From an uncultured Bdellovibrionales bacterium (GTDB taxonomy: Bacteria > Patescibacteriota > Minisyncoccia > Moranbacterales > UBA1568): a stretch of DNA of 64,000 bases. The number at the start of each line of letters is the position of its first letter. Position 1 is the stretch's first letter. Shown here piece after piece: positions 39,162-49,556 of this stretch. The stretch covers positions 5,396 to 69,395 of the forward strand of contig CAZGXN010000006.1 of NCBI GenBank assembly GCA_964530135.1, given 5' to 3'. A program made the translations under genes and the position numbers. The notes beneath the pieces were generated by a model. That model was not told where the DNA came from. It ran no database searches and saw only the letters and a program-made list of their open reading frames with translations.

Positions 39162-41094
39162 ATGGATCGTACTTGGAGCCGCTATCCTAGCAGTTCTTTT
39201 TTGGCAGCTATTTTCACAAATGAAAAAACCCGAGAGCGAGGTGATCTCTGAAGGGGATAGGACTGTGCCAGAGTCCAGGGGCGTATCGTTGCGAACGAAT
39301 ACCTGGTTCTCCAGCCTATTTTTCCAATTTCCGACCGCCCCGCTCTTTGTCTTTCCAGGAGCATACCAATGGAACGAGCGTGGCCTTTCACTCGCTGTTT
39401 CGACCGTTCTTGGCACGGAGAATACCTTCTTTGGCAGTTTCGATCCATTATGTGATATTTCCGGATTATCGCCGATCATGGGGGTAAAGGTGGAGCGTTA
39501 CGGCGACTGGGATGTCGTCGTACGGACAGTGCCCAAAGCCGGAGCAGCCTGGACGGCACATTTTATCCAAGGATCGCCCATTGTTGATATCAGAGATTTT
39601 TCGGAACCGCTTTCTTTGTCATGCAAGCCGGGTATGGAAGTGTCAAGATATCGGAACGATGCTTTTATCGTCCGCCGTGGTCAACAGTCAGTATTCCTTA
39701 TTCAATCCCGCGAGGTAGGCAGCGAATCAGATTCTTTCCAATCCATTTCGGGGCGCTATCGCATTATCCAGTTGCCGCCGGAAACAGATCAGACAGCGGA
39801 TTTTTTTCTGGATCTCCCTTGGCCGACGGTGCTCGACACTCTATATGGATCATCAAGCCGAGACGGATTTTTGCAATCAGCGCTGGTGACTGTGACGGAA
39901 AATGATGAGGTTCCTCTCACGACACTTTGGCCACATCACCGCCTTGGTGGAGCGAAAATCCAGGGAGAACGTCTCGGCAGCTACGCTACGGTCTATGGTC
40001 GGCTTGACCTCCAGCTTTCGAATCGAATCGACATAGAAGTGCCCGAACCGGTCATTGCTCGTGATTTTCTTCCGGTTTCCGATCGCGCTTCGCGTGAAAC
40101 AATCGTTTCTGCTGTAAAAGAGGATGTAGCTCGTTATTTGGCAGAGGCGGTTCCGGCTGGCGTCTATTTCCGTGGTACCTGGCTCGGCGGCTTAGTGAGC
40201 GTCATCCAGTTAGCTGACGCTTACGGAATGATTGAGGAGAAAGAAAAACTTCTCGATCTTTTGGAACGGCAACTTCGCATGTCGCTTGTCGACTTTGCCT
40301 ACAGTCCAGAGAAAAAGATGTTCATCGCCGGAAAAAACTCCGAATTCGGAAATGAGAAGGGAAACGACCACCACTTCCATTATGGTTACTACCTGCGTTC
40401 AGCCGCGGTCTTGTTTGATGCCCGCCCGGCTGCAGGTGATGACTTGAAAGCGATCCTTGACGAGATGGCGTTCGATATTGCGAATAGTGATCGGTCATCG
40501 AAACGCTATCCTTTTCTACGCCACTTCTCGCCGTATGCCGGACACTCATGGGCTGACGGAGAAGCATTATTCCAAGACGGGAATAACCAAGAGTCATCAT
40601 CCGAGTCTATGAATGCCTGGTATGGGCTGTATCTTTGGGGGAAGGCAACTAACAATAACCGGTTCTCAATGACCGGAATGGGCCTCTATGCAAACGAGCT
40701 CCTTGGGCTGAAAAGCTATTGGTTCGGCGAGGGAAATCCCTTTCCGTCCGGGTTCGAACACCCACTTGTTTCGCTCGTCTGGGGCGGCAAGCGAGACTAC
40801 GCGACGTGGTTTAGTGCCGACCCGATGCATATCCAGGGAATCCAGTGGCTGCCGATCACGCCCGCCTCCGAGTATCTCGGAACACTGCCGAATCATATCG
40901 AACGAATGAATGACCTTAATCTGACGACCGCTCGGGCGGCCGATCATGAATGGGGTGATCTCTATACTGCGTATCTCTCATATTTCGATCCAGCTGAGGC
41001 GGCGAAGTATCTCGAGACTGCCTCGAAGCATCAGGCGATCAAATCCAAGGCCCTTTTGTACCATACGGTGCTAAAAAATCTTGAAGAGCAGTAA
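39127..41094 (+). CDS. secreted glycoside hydrolase, probably family GH81 endo-beta-1,3-glucanase
   Basis: GNDHHFHYGYYLRSAAVLF and ESSSESMNAWYGLYLWG blocks recalled from GH81 enzymes; N-terminal signal/TM. Confidence 0.5.
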   Translation: MKEKMTFQNRSKWIVLGAAILAVLFWQLFSQMKKPESEVISEGDRTVPESRGVSLRTNTWFSSLFFQFPTAPLFVFPGAYQWNERGLSLAVSTVLGTENTFFGSFDPLCDISGLSPIMGVKVERYGDWDVVVRTVPKAGAAWTAHFIQGSPIVDIRDFSEPLSLSCKPGMEVSRYRNDAFIVRRGQQSVFLIQSREVGSESDSFQSISGRYRIIQLPPETDQTADFFLDLPWPTVLDTLYGSSSRDGFLQSALVTVTENDEVPLTTLWPHHRLGGAKIQGERLGSYATVYGRLDLQLSNRIDIEVPEPVIARDFLPVSDRASRETIVSAVKEDVARYLAEAVPAGVYFRGTWLGGLVSVIQLADAYGMIEEKEKLLDLLERQLRMSLVDFAYSPEKKMFIAGKNSEFGNEKGNDHHFHYGYYLRSAAVLFDARPAAGDDLKAILDEMAFDIANSDRSSKRYPFLRHFSPYAGHSWADGEALFQDGNNQESSSESMNAWYGLYLWGKATNNNRFSMTGMGLYANELLGLKSYWFGEGNPFPSGFEHPLVSLVWGGKRDYATWFSADPMHIQGIQWLPITPASEYLGTLPNHIERMNDLNLTTARAADHEWGDLYTAYLSYFDPAEAAKYLETASKHQAIKSKALLYHTVLKNLEEQ

Positions 41095-41095
41095 T

Positions 41096-41130
41096 AAAAA
41101 AACCAAGGTCTTCGAGATACCTTGGTTTTT
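41096..41130. terminator. bidirectional Rho-independent terminator (aaccaaggt-cttcgagat-accttggtt + T-run)
   Basis: Read in sequence; sits between convergent GH81 gene and small minus-strand ORF. Confidence 0.55.
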
Positions 41131-41151
41131 GGGTGAGGCGGGGGGACGCTC

Positions 41152-41325
41152 TTACAAGAGTCCGACCTGACCAAAGAAGGTGAGGGTGAGAACCGGAACG
41201 AGGGCGAGCAGGAACGCCATCGATGTTTCCTCACTCTGCGCCTGTTCAGTGGCGACTTTAGCACAGTTCTCGCACGTCGCACCTGTATGAGCCTCCATGA
41301 CGGGCTCGTTTTGCATACTCTCCAT
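41152..41325 (-). CDS. unlisted small ORF (57 aa): MESMQNEPVMEAHTGATCENCAKVATEQAQSEETSMAFLLALVPVLTLTFFGQVGLL, CxxC + C-terminal TM helix
   Basis: Hand-translated from reverse strand; below 60-aa cutoff of ORF track; flanked by terminator. Confidence 0.3.
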   Translation of the reverse strand: MESMQNEPVMEAHTGATCENCAKVATEQAQSEETSMAFLLALVPVLTLTFFGQVGLL

Positions 41326-41717
41326 AGGAGTGTTTGTTTTACTAATTATTTATTAAACGACTTGTTGAAAAGAAAAAACGGGGGACCTGGGTCACCCGCT
41401 TTGCTCACTTCAACACCTTCAGTATACTCCCATTTTTCACAAAAGTCAAGGCCGCAGGGCGCTCATACCAAAGAGTTTTGTAGAGGTGATGTTTTGTGGA
41501 CGGTGTAACCGATACGCGGTGAATCGTTTGTTCAGGGTTACAACATGGGAGAGTGATTTGTTATGTGAGTGGACGAGGTGCGGTAACTTGCCACTCGGAA
41601 GGGAGTAGACTATACTTGCCTTGTACCTGGTGGGGAGGTAGGTGGGAGAACATCTGTTTCTCATCCGTCGTTATCTCTCTTTGAGTACACTTTCTATTAT
41701 TCTCAGTAGCAACATTT

Positions 41718-42002
41718 ATGAAGCATGCGTCTCTTGAGGGAAAATCAAAACTCGTTACGAATTATCGGAAAGCGAAGAGTCTACTCGAAACCATCGAGCG
41801 TATGGTCGCTGAAGATGTGTATTGTATCGACATCATGCAACAGAACCTCGCGGTTATGGGCCTGCTGCGCTCAGCACAGAATCAACTCATGGAACGACAC
41901 CTCCATCATTGCTTCCGGACAGCCATGGAGTCTGGCAGCGAAAAGAAAAAGCGGGCGATGATCGATGAAATGCTCGCAGTAAATAACTTTTCACAGAAAT
42001 AA
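41718..42002 (+). CDS. csoR: CsoR/RcnR-family metal-sensing transcriptional repressor
   Basis: CIDIMQQNLAVMGLLRSAQNQLMERHLHHC, the Cys-His-Cys ligand pattern of CsoR. Confidence 0.75.
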   Translation: MKHASLEGKSKLVTNYRKAKSLLETIERMVAEDVYCIDIMQQNLAVMGLLRSAQNQLMERHLHHCFRTAMESGSEKKKRAMIDEMLAVNNFSQK

Positions 42003-42012
42003 TCTCGTCCCT

Positions 42013-43377
42013 ATGGCTCAGAAAAAAGTTTTCATCCGTGGCATGCATTGTCGGTCTTGCGAGTTGCTCTTGGAGGACGATCTCGGCAAGCTCCCTGGCA
42101 TTAAAAAAACACTGGCGAATTTTCGGTCTGGGACAGTCCTCCTGACATACGAACAGGCGGCTCCAAATGATGCAGACATCGCCCGCACGGTCGAGGCGGC
42201 GGGGTATACGGTTGCTGATGGAGCGCCGACTGCCGCATTGCCCTGGCTGACACACAAGATAGAAAGATACGGCATTGTACTCTTTTCGGTTGTTGTGGTT
42301 TTCGTACTTGCACTCATCGGTACTGCCCAGGGCTGGTTTGCGATTGGACTCGGCACGGATATTGATCCGACCAAACTCTCACTCATCCTCTTGGTCGGTC
42401 TCGCGGCAGGCGTATCGACCTGTGCGGCACTCATCGGCGGACTCGTTCTCGGCCTCTCGAGCCAGTACAGTGCCGCTCATCCTGAACTCTCCTTCCGTCA
42501 GCGGCTCATCCCACAGGTGTGGTTTCAGGCGGGACGCATCGGCGGCTTTGCTCTGTTTGGGGCGCTCCTCGGTCTCGTCGGAGAGAAACTGTCCGGATCA
42601 ATCGGATTCACCGCACTCCTCACGCTCGCGGCTGGTGCGGTGATGCTCTTCCTCGGACTGCAGCTCACGGGACTCTCACCGCGTCTGTCGGCGTGGAGTT
42701 TTGCGTTGCCCAAGTCACTCGCTCGTGTGCTCGGCTTTGGTGGAGATCAAAAAACCTATTCGCATCGGGGGGCTTTCGTGATGGGCGCGCTGACTTTCTT
42801 CTTGCCGTGCGGCTTCACTCAGGCGGTACAGATCGCTGTCATCGCGAGTGGCTCAGTCCTCCTCGGCGCTCTGGCACTTCCAGTCTTTGCCATCGGGACT
42901 TTACCGGGGCTTTTGGCCTTGGGTGGGTTTGGGGCTTTGCCACAAGGTGCGGCTCGAGTTTGGCTCCTACCCTTTATCGCTGTCTGCCTTATCGCGTTTG
43001 GCGGGTGGAATATCACCTCGGGACTGCAGCTCTTGGGCATCAACACGGCCGCGTTTACCCAGAGTGCTGATCAGAACGCGGTAGCGGATTTTGCTCCGCT
43101 CGAAAACGGCATCCAGGTGGTGCGTATCATGCAGGATGCGCGCGGGTATCATCCGAGCGAATTGCCGGCGCTGCGCCTCGGCGTACCGGCACGGCTCATC
43201 GTCGATTCACAGGATTCATATACCTGTGCCGCGTCATTGGTTATCCCAGCCTACGGGATCCAAGAGCAGCTTGAGCCGGGTGAAAATGTCATCGACTTTA
43301 CGCCGCAGAAAGCTGGAAACCTCGCCTTTAGTTGCAGTATGGGGATGTTCCGTGGAGCCTTTCAAGTGAGTGAGTAA
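42013..43377 (+). CDS. three-part fusion: N-terminal HMA (heavy-metal-associated) domain, polytopic permease-like membrane domain, C-terminal cupredoxin-like domain
   Basis: HMA MHCRSCELLLEDDL; 8 or more TM with GVSTCAAL; C-terminal LAFSCSMGMF. Confidence 0.55.
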   Translation: MAQKKVFIRGMHCRSCELLLEDDLGKLPGIKKTLANFRSGTVLLTYEQAAPNDADIARTVEAAGYTVADGAPTAALPWLTHKIERYGIVLFSVVVVFVLALIGTAQGWFAIGLGTDIDPTKLSLILLVGLAAGVSTCAALIGGLVLGLSSQYSAAHPELSFRQRLIPQVWFQAGRIGGFALFGALLGLVGEKLSGSIGFTALLTLAAGAVMLFLGLQLTGLSPRLSAWSFALPKSLARVLGFGGDQKTYSHRGAFVMGALTFFLPCGFTQAVQIAVIASGSVLLGALALPVFAIGTLPGLLALGGFGALPQGAARVWLLPFIAVCLIAFGGWNITSGLQLLGINTAAFTQSADQNAVADFAPLENGIQVVRIMQDARGYHPSELPALRLGVPARLIVDSQDSYTCAASLVIPAYGIQEQLEPGENVIDFTPQKAGNLAFSCSMGMFRGAFQVSE

Positions 43378-43465
43378 GTAGTTGCGGAAGTTTCGGCCAG
43401 AGTGTGGATCGTGTCGCAGTGTGAGAGAGGAGAATGTCGCCTTTATTTTTTAGCCAGCGGCCAGT

Positions 43466-45763
43466 ATGACAAAAGACACCTTTCAAGTTCAGGGGATGCA
43501 TTGTGCCTCATGCGCCTCGATCATCGAACGGAAGCTTGCGAAGCTGCCTGGTGTTCACAGTGCGGTCGTGAACTACGGGACCGAAAAGGTAGCTGTTGAG
43601 TATGATATGGAGCAGGTGAAGCCCGAGGGACTATCTCGTCATCTCGAACCCCTCGGCTATCGGCTGGAGATGCCAGTGCCGATACAGTCAGAACATGGAT
43701 CAGCTCATGGTCAGATGTCTGAGGGGGATCACGCACTGCATGCCACATCTCAGCCAGCAGAAGTAGAGGCGCTCCAGAAAAGTGTCTGGGTGTCTTTGCC
43801 CATCGTGGTGTTTGCTGTTTTGCTGATGGGTTGGGATATCCTGTCTCAGGAGTTTGGTGTGCTCCCTGAGATGACTCTGGTAACAAAGGAATTTTTTCAT
43901 CATCTCCTCCCACTTTTGGCCACCTATACTCTCTTTGTTACCGGTCGTCCCTATCTGCTCGGACTCTGGCGGTTTATTCGGTACGGCGCCGCCAACATGG
44001 ATACGCTTATCGGTCTTGGGACTCTGGCAGCGTATCTCTATAGTTTTACAGTGACGGCCTTTGCGGTATCCCTCGAGCCGTATCTGAATGTGGAATATAC
44101 GTACTATGATGTTACGATTGTCGTCATCGGACTGATTACGCTGGGGAAATGGTTGGAAGCGAAAGCCAAAGTCAAAACTGGAGCAGCCATTCGGAAACTT
44201 TTAACATTGCAAGCCAAGACGGCTTGGGTATTGCGCGATGGTCAAGAACGAGAGCTCTCACTGGATCAGGTGGTCGTCGGTGATGTGATTCGTGTAAAAC
44301 CCGGAGGAAAAATTCCGGTCGATGGTGTCATCCTCGAAGGAACATCCACACTGGACGAGTCGATGCTCACCGGCGAACCCATGCCAGTTTCCAAAGGAGT
44401 CAATGATCGGGTAACTGGCGGGACAATAAATGGGAATGGCTCATTCACCTTTCGGGCGACTGCCGTCGGCGGGGCGACATTGCTCGCGCAGATCATCAAG
44501 CTAGTCGGCGAGGCTCAGGGGAGCAAGGCCCCAATTCAGAAATTAGCCGATCAGATTTCAGCCGTGTTCGTACCCATCGTACTTGTGATCGCAGTGGGGA
44601 CGCTTCTGGTGTGGGTCTTGATCGGCTCTGGCTCACTTCCATTCTCGGAAGCCTTTGTAAAAGGACTCGTTTCTTTTGTGGGTGTTCTCGTCATCGCCTG
44701 TCCGTGTGCTCTCGGGCTGGCGACGCCGACAGCGATCATCGTGGGTGTCGGCAAAGGCGCACAGCATGGGATACTGATCAAAAATGCGACAGTCCTTGAA
44801 AAAATGCACTCAGTAGATACGCTCGTCATCGACAAGACGGGGACGCTGACAGTGGGTAAACCAAAGTTTTTAGGCCTCCAAAGTATTGAAGCTCGGGACG
44901 AGGCTGAGGTGCTGCAGATCCTCGCCTCATTGGAACAGCACTCTGAACATCCGATCGGCCAGGCCATACTCCAGACTGCCAAAGAGAGAGGTGTGTCGGT
45001 GTTGCCGATTACGGATTTTGAAAATCTGACCGGTCGGGGCGTAACAGGTGTCATCCAGGGGAAGCAGTACTGGGTGGGCAATAGCACGCTGGTTCAGGAG
45101 CGGGGATTGACACTTGATGAAAAAATAATCGAAACCTACACCCTCTCTGGCGGAACGCCACTCGTCCTCATGGGGGATGCTGCGGTGGTGGCAGTGGCGG
45201 GGGTGGGCGATACGGTGAAACCAGAAGCCAAGAGAGCCGTCGAGTCTCTCCGTCAGCTCGGCATCCGTATCATTATGGTAACGGGGGATGATATCCGGAC
45301 TGCTGAATTTGTCGGCAAAAACCTCGGAATCGATGAGATTCATGCGGGTGTCTTGCCGGCGGCCAAACAGGCCTTTGTCGAGAAACTGATGGCGGCGGGT
45401 GCGGTGGTGGCGATGGCGGGTGACGGTGTGAATGATGCACCGGCTCTCGCTCAGGCCGATGTCAGTCTCGCGATGGCGACCGGCACTGATGTCGCGATCG
45501 AGACCGCGGATGTGACACTCCTCCATGGCGATATCGCCAAGATCGAACAGGCACTGCGGCTCTCTCGGCAAACGATGCGCACTATCAAGCAGAATTTGTT
45601 CTGGGCTTTTATCTATAACCTCGTGGGTATTCCACTGGCGGCGGGCGTGCTGTATCCCTTCACTGGCTGGCTGCTCTCACCGGTGTTTGCTGGTTTTGCG
45701 ATGGCATCATCGAGCATTTCAGTTGTGATGAATTCACTCCGACTGCGGCTGCAAAAACTATAA
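43466..45763 (+). CDS. copA: copper-translocating P1B-type ATPase CopA
   Basis: [15 protein letters not shown] motif [28 protein letters not shown]. Confidence 0.9.
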   Translation: MTKDTFQVQGMHCASCASIIERKLAKLPGVHSAVVNYGTEKVAVEYDMEQVKPEGLSRHLEPLGYRLEMPVPIQSEHGSAHGQMSEGDHALHATSQPAEVEALQKSVWVSLPIVVFAVLLMGWDILSQEFGVLPEMTLVTKEFFHHLLPLLATYTLFVTGRPYLLGLWRFIRYGAANMDTLIGLGTLAAYLYSFTVTAFAVSLEPYLNVEYTYYDVTIVVIGLITLGKWLEAKAKVKTGAAIRKLLTLQAKTAWVLRDGQERELSLDQVVVGDVIRVKPGGKIPVDGVILEGTSTLDESMLTGEPMPVSKGVNDRVTGGTINGNGSFTFRATAVGGATLLAQIIKLVGEAQGSKAPIQKLADQISAVFVPIVLVIAVGTLLVWVLIGSGSLPFSEAFVKGLVSFVGVLVIACPCALGLATPTAIIVGVGKGAQHGILIKNATVLEKMHSVDTLVIDKTGTLTVGKPKFLGLQSIEARDEAEVLQILASLEQHSEHPIGQAILQTAKERGVSVLPITDFENLTGRGVTGVIQGKQYWVGNSTLVQERGLTLDEKIIETYTLSGGTPLVLMGDAAVVAVAGVGDTVKPEAKRAVESLRQLGIRIIMVTGDDIRTAEFVGKNLGIDEIHAGVLPAAKQAFVEKLMAAGAVVAMAGDGVNDAPALAQADVSLAMATGTDVAIETADVTLLHGDIAKIEQALRLSRQTMRTIKQNLFWAFIYNLVGIPLAAGVLYPFTGWLLSPVFAGFAMASSSISVVMNSLRLRLQKL

Positions 45764-45783
45764 ATATTATATATACACAGCGT

Positions 45784-47427
45784 ATGTCACAAAGAACACG
45801 TTTCATCGTCGGTACGCTCCTCATTGTTTTGTTCGGGTATGGTTTGTTCTGGTGGTTCGGGATGCATCAACCGCGTCCAGCAGTGAGTACGGAATCATTG
45901 CGACCATCTGATGACACGCGCACGCTTGCTTTGGCAACACCGGCTGAAACTCTGGCTCTCGAAAATGGTCAAACGCTCGACCTCACCATCGCACCAGTCA
46001 AACACACTATCAATGGTCAGGCTGTGACGATGCTCGGATACAATGGTTCTTTGCCTGGCCCGACACTGCGGGTCAAGCAGGGGACGGAAGTATCTATCAA
46101 CCTCAAAAATGGTGGTGATATCCCGACAACACTCCATGCACATGGTATCCGGATGGAGAATGCGTTTGATGGTGTTCCAGGGATGACCCAAGAGGCGATT
46201 GCTCCAGGTGAGACATTTGTGTATCGGCTCAAGTTTCCCGATGCAGGCGCTTTCTGGTATCACCCACATGTTCGGACTGACTATACCGTCGAAGCGGGTC
46301 TGTATGGCAGTATCCTCGTCGCGCCGGCGATAGCTGCCTACTGGCCACCGGTGAATCGCGAAGTCCCTCTCATGCTCGATGACATTGCTCTCGATGCCAA
46401 TGGATTGCTTTCATTTGATGCCAAAATTCCCAATCATACATTGATGGGCCGTTTTGGTACGACGATGCTCGTGAATGGAGCGACAGACTATCGACTCGAA
46501 GCAAAGGCGGGTGAGATTGTCCGGCTCTACCTCACCAATGCCGCCAATACCCGTCTCTTTAATTTTTCCATCCCTGGGACGCGCCTCAAACTCATCGGTG
46601 CCGATGGCGGCCGCTATGAACAGGAAACATTTGTAGAGAGTGTGCTCCTCGCGCCAGGCGAGCGTCGGATCGTCGATGTTTTGTTCGAGACACCGGGAAC
46701 CTATCCGCTGCAGCATACAACACCGGAAAAAACATATGCGCTCGGTACGGTGTCTGTGAGTACGGACAATGCCTCGCCTTCTTGGGTCAAGGAATACTCA
46801 ACACTACGCAAGAATGCGTCTGATGGTGATGAGCTGCGCCGTCTCATCACAGCCCACAGCAATCGATCGCCGGACAAACAGCTCTCATTGTTACTGGATA
46901 TGTCTGCTGAGATGCGGCGTGGTATGCCGCAAGGGATGCATATGATGGGTGACGGCATGGGGATGTCGGACGCGGGGATGGGCATGGGTGATGATGGCGA
47001 GGCTTTCGAGTGGGAAGACACGATGGCACGGATGAATACTCTCTCAACTTCGGAAACGCTGGAGTGGAAATTGGTCGATACCATGACCGGCAAGAAAAAT
47101 ATGGCGATTGACAACTGGATTTTTCAACAGGGGGATCAAGTGAAGATCCGCATCTTCAATGATCCTCAGTCCATGCACCCGATGCAGCACCCGATTCATT
47201 TTCACGGCCAGCGTTTCATCGTGCTTGCGACTAATGGGAAAGTGAATGAAACGCCTGTCTGGCTCGATACGACGCTTATTGCCAAGGGTGATACCGTCGA
47301 TATCCTGCTGGACGCTTCGAATCCAGGTGAGTGGATGGCTCACTGCCATATCTTGGAGCATGCAGAAGGTGGGATGATGATGCCATTCACTGTCGTGGGA
47401 GCAAAGGAGACTAAGATGCAGCAATAA
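45784..47427 (+). CDS. multicopper oxidase (CueO-like) with Met/Gly-rich insert
   Basis: HAHGIRMEN, WYHPH, HCHILEHAEGGMMMPF copper-ligand blocks; MPQGMHMMGDGMGMSDAGMGMGDDG insert. Confidence 0.8.
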   Translation: MSQRTRFIVGTLLIVLFGYGLFWWFGMHQPRPAVSTESLRPSDDTRTLALATPAETLALENGQTLDLTIAPVKHTINGQAVTMLGYNGSLPGPTLRVKQGTEVSINLKNGGDIPTTLHAHGIRMENAFDGVPGMTQEAIAPGETFVYRLKFPDAGAFWYHPHVRTDYTVEAGLYGSILVAPAIAAYWPPVNREVPLMLDDIALDANGLLSFDAKIPNHTLMGRFGTTMLVNGATDYRLEAKAGEIVRLYLTNAANTRLFNFSIPGTRLKLIGADGGRYEQETFVESVLLAPGERRIVDVLFETPGTYPLQHTTPEKTYALGTVSVSTDNASPSWVKEYSTLRKNASDGDELRRLITAHSNRSPDKQLSLLLDMSAEMRRGMPQGMHMMGDGMGMSDAGMGMGDDGEAFEWEDTMARMNTLSTSETLEWKLVDTMTGKKNMAIDNWIFQQGDQVKIRIFNDPQSMHPMQHPIHFHGQRFIVLATNGKVNETPVWLDTTLIAKGDTVDILLDASNPGEWMAHCHILEHAEGGMMMPFTVVGAKETKMQQ

Positions 47428-47464
47428 ATCGTGCTCGGGGGTCCACAAGCAGATATGAAAGGAG

Positions 47465-47710
47465 GTGAATCATATGATGGGCTATTATGGATCGGGAATT
47501 GGATTTTTTGGGATGTCTTTGGGGTGGCTGTTTATGGTGCTTTTTTGGGGCCTTGTGATCGGGGGGGTGGTCGCGATGGTGCTCAGTCTGACCAAGCGTG
47601 AATCAGGCGGATCATCAGATGCAGCACTTGATATCCTCAGGGCACGGTACGCCAAAGGTGAGATTTCCAAGGAAGAGTTTGAAGCGCGACAACATGACCT
47701 TCAGAAGTAA
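47465..47710 (+). CDS. SHOCT-domain small membrane protein
   Basis: LRARYAKGEISKEEFEARQHDL. Confidence 0.6.
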   Translation: MNHMMGYYGSGIGFFGMSLGWLFMVLFWGLVIGGVVAMVLSLTKRESGGSSDAALDILRARYAKGEISKEEFEARQHDLQK

Positions 47711-47729
47711 TTTATATATTTGAAAACAC

Positions 47730-48137
47730 ATGGAGACATTACAAACAATCGCGTACGGATATGTGGTACACATGCCGCTCGCATTTTCCGAAGCGGTGGC
47801 ACGGGTCAAGGCAGCTTTTTTGGCGGAGGGTTTTGGGGTACTCTCTGAGATCGATGTTCAAGCAAAAATGAAAGAGAAACTCGGCAAAGCAATGAGTGAA
47901 TATCTCATCCTGGGTATGTGCCATCCGACGCTCGCCTATGAGGCACTCCAGATCGAGACAAATATCGGCCTTCTCTTACCGTGCAATGTCGTGGTGCGGA
48001 CGGTCGAGGATGGGGTGATCGTTGCGGCTCAGCGGCCCGATATCATGCTCGGTGTAACCGGTAATGCACTAGTGACAACAGCGGCGCAGGCGGCGGATGA
48101 AAAGATCCGGCGAGCACTCGGTCAACTCATAGTATAA
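47730..48137 (+). CDS. DUF302-family protein
   Basis: EAVARVKAAFLAEGFGVLSEIDVQAKMKEKLG pattern. Confidence 0.55.
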   Translation: METLQTIAYGYVVHMPLAFSEAVARVKAAFLAEGFGVLSEIDVQAKMKEKLGKAMSEYLILGMCHPTLAYEALQIETNIGLLLPCNVVVRTVEDGVIVAAQRPDIMLGVTGNALVTTAAQAADEKIRRALGQLIV

Positions 48138-48154
48138 ATGAGGAGGTATTAGGT

Positions 48155-48640
48155 ATGAAAAAGATTTTTTCTGTGAGTCTCATACTTGCGCTCGGTGGTC
48201 TGGTATGGGTGTTCTGGAAAGACCAGGGAGTCTCGGACCAGTCTCAGACTCGTGTGGTCGAAGCAGATAGGATGGACCAGGCATCTGGGGAATTAGCTCC
48301 GACCCCTACCCCTCCTTCTCCTCCCTCGTCTCGGATATCAGAGGTTGTAGCACCGTCTGTTTTGGTGCGTGAGATCGCACTCCTGGCAACTAATTGGTAT
48401 TTCGATCCGGAGGAAATCCGCGTGAAGCAGGGAGAGCGTATCCGGCTCACTGTTACAGGCGCAGGGCGTGACCATGGTTTCTCACTCCAAGCTTTTGATA
48501 TCGCACTCACGGTTGCTCCTGGTGAGACAAAAACCGTCGAATTTGTTGCGGAGAAAACGGGCATGTTTCCATTTGAGTGCTCAGTCTATTGCGGCGATGG
48601 CCATACAAGTATGCAAGGGGTGCTCATTGTTGAGGAGTGA
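48155..48640 (+). CDS. membrane-anchored cupredoxin with CuA-type binuclear copper motif (COX2-like domain)
   Basis: DHGF...FECSVYCGDGHTSM = H...C-x3-C-G-x2-H-x2-M. Confidence 0.6.
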   Translation: MKKIFSVSLILALGGLVWVFWKDQGVSDQSQTRVVEADRMDQASGELAPTPTPPSPPSSRISEVVAPSVLVREIALLATNWYFDPEEIRVKQGERIRLTVTGAGRDHGFSLQAFDIALTVAPGETKTVEFVAEKTGMFPFECSVYCGDGHTSMQGVLIVEE

Positions 48641-48693
48641 GACCCCCGGAGTCTGTTCGCTGTTCTCAGAGTTTGATATACTGATGTACAAGT

Positions 48694-49431
48694 ATGTCTA
48701 CGAAGAAATCACCACTGATTATTTCATTTGTACTGCTCGGTTCGGCGATGCTGATCCTCTCGGGCTGTTCTTGGAAGAGTGCACCAGTGGTCCAGGAGTC
48801 CAAACCGGCCGAACTCCCGCTTGATAAATTGAAGCGGGCCGAAACGGATCGGGCACTCGCCGAGGAAGCCAAGAAGAAAGAAGCCGCTAAACCAGTAACC
48901 CCTGCACCTGCTATGACAGCCAAACAATATTCCTCAGCTCCAGCGATGAGTATCGACCCAGCCAAGAAGTATGTCGCAACACTGCGGACGGAAAAGGGGG
49001 ATATCGTGATTGATCTCGCGGCTGCAGCAACGCCGATCACAGTGAATAATTTCGTCTTTCTTGCTCGGGAAAAGTTTTATGATGGCACACCTTTTCATCG
49101 GACTATCCCAGGCTTTATGATTCAAGGAGGGGATCCGCAGGGTACGGGTAGTGGTGGGCCAGGCTATCGCTTTGCGGATGAATCCTTTTCGGGTGCATAT
49201 GAACGGGGGACAGTCGCGATGGCCAATGCTGGTCCAGATACCAATGGCAGTCAGTTCTTTATCATGCATGCGGACTATGCGTTGCCAAAAAATTACGTCA
49301 TTTTTGGAAAGGTGAGCCGAGGGCTCGAAGTGGTCGATCTGATTGCAACCGCACCGACATCCCCTGGAGGCGAGGGATCCAAGCCCGTCGCACCAGTCAA
49401 GATTCTGTCTGTTGATATTAGTGAACACTAG
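48694..49431 (+). CDS. cyclophilin-type peptidyl-prolyl cis-trans isomerase, lipoprotein
   Basis: Lipobox LILSGC; FHRTIPGFMIQGGDPQGTGSGGPGY...GTVAMANAGPDTNGSQFFI. Confidence 0.85.
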   Translation: MSTKKSPLIISFVLLGSAMLILSGCSWKSAPVVQESKPAELPLDKLKRAETDRALAEEAKKKEAAKPVTPAPAMTAKQYSSAPAMSIDPAKKYVATLRTEKGDIVIDLAAAATPITVNNFVFLAREKFYDGTPFHRTIPGFMIQGGDPQGTGSGGPGYRFADESFSGAYERGTVAMANAGPDTNGSQFFIMHADYALPKNYVIFGKVSRGLEVVDLIATAPTSPGGEGSKPVAPVKILSVDISEH

Positions 49432-49556
49432 AGAGTCTCGTGGTTGGTGATGGCTCGGATTGACGGACCGGACTTTTTGGGCTATACTACAGAAGCTTTG
49501 AATTGAAGGCGGCAACGCCTTTTTTCGATACTAAACGCTTTGGGTACACATATATT

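Noticed and set aside
42519-43070. 183-aa Arg/Trp-rich plus-strand ORF
   Set aside because: Alternate frame inside the HMA-permease gene; typical GC-rich off-frame artefact.
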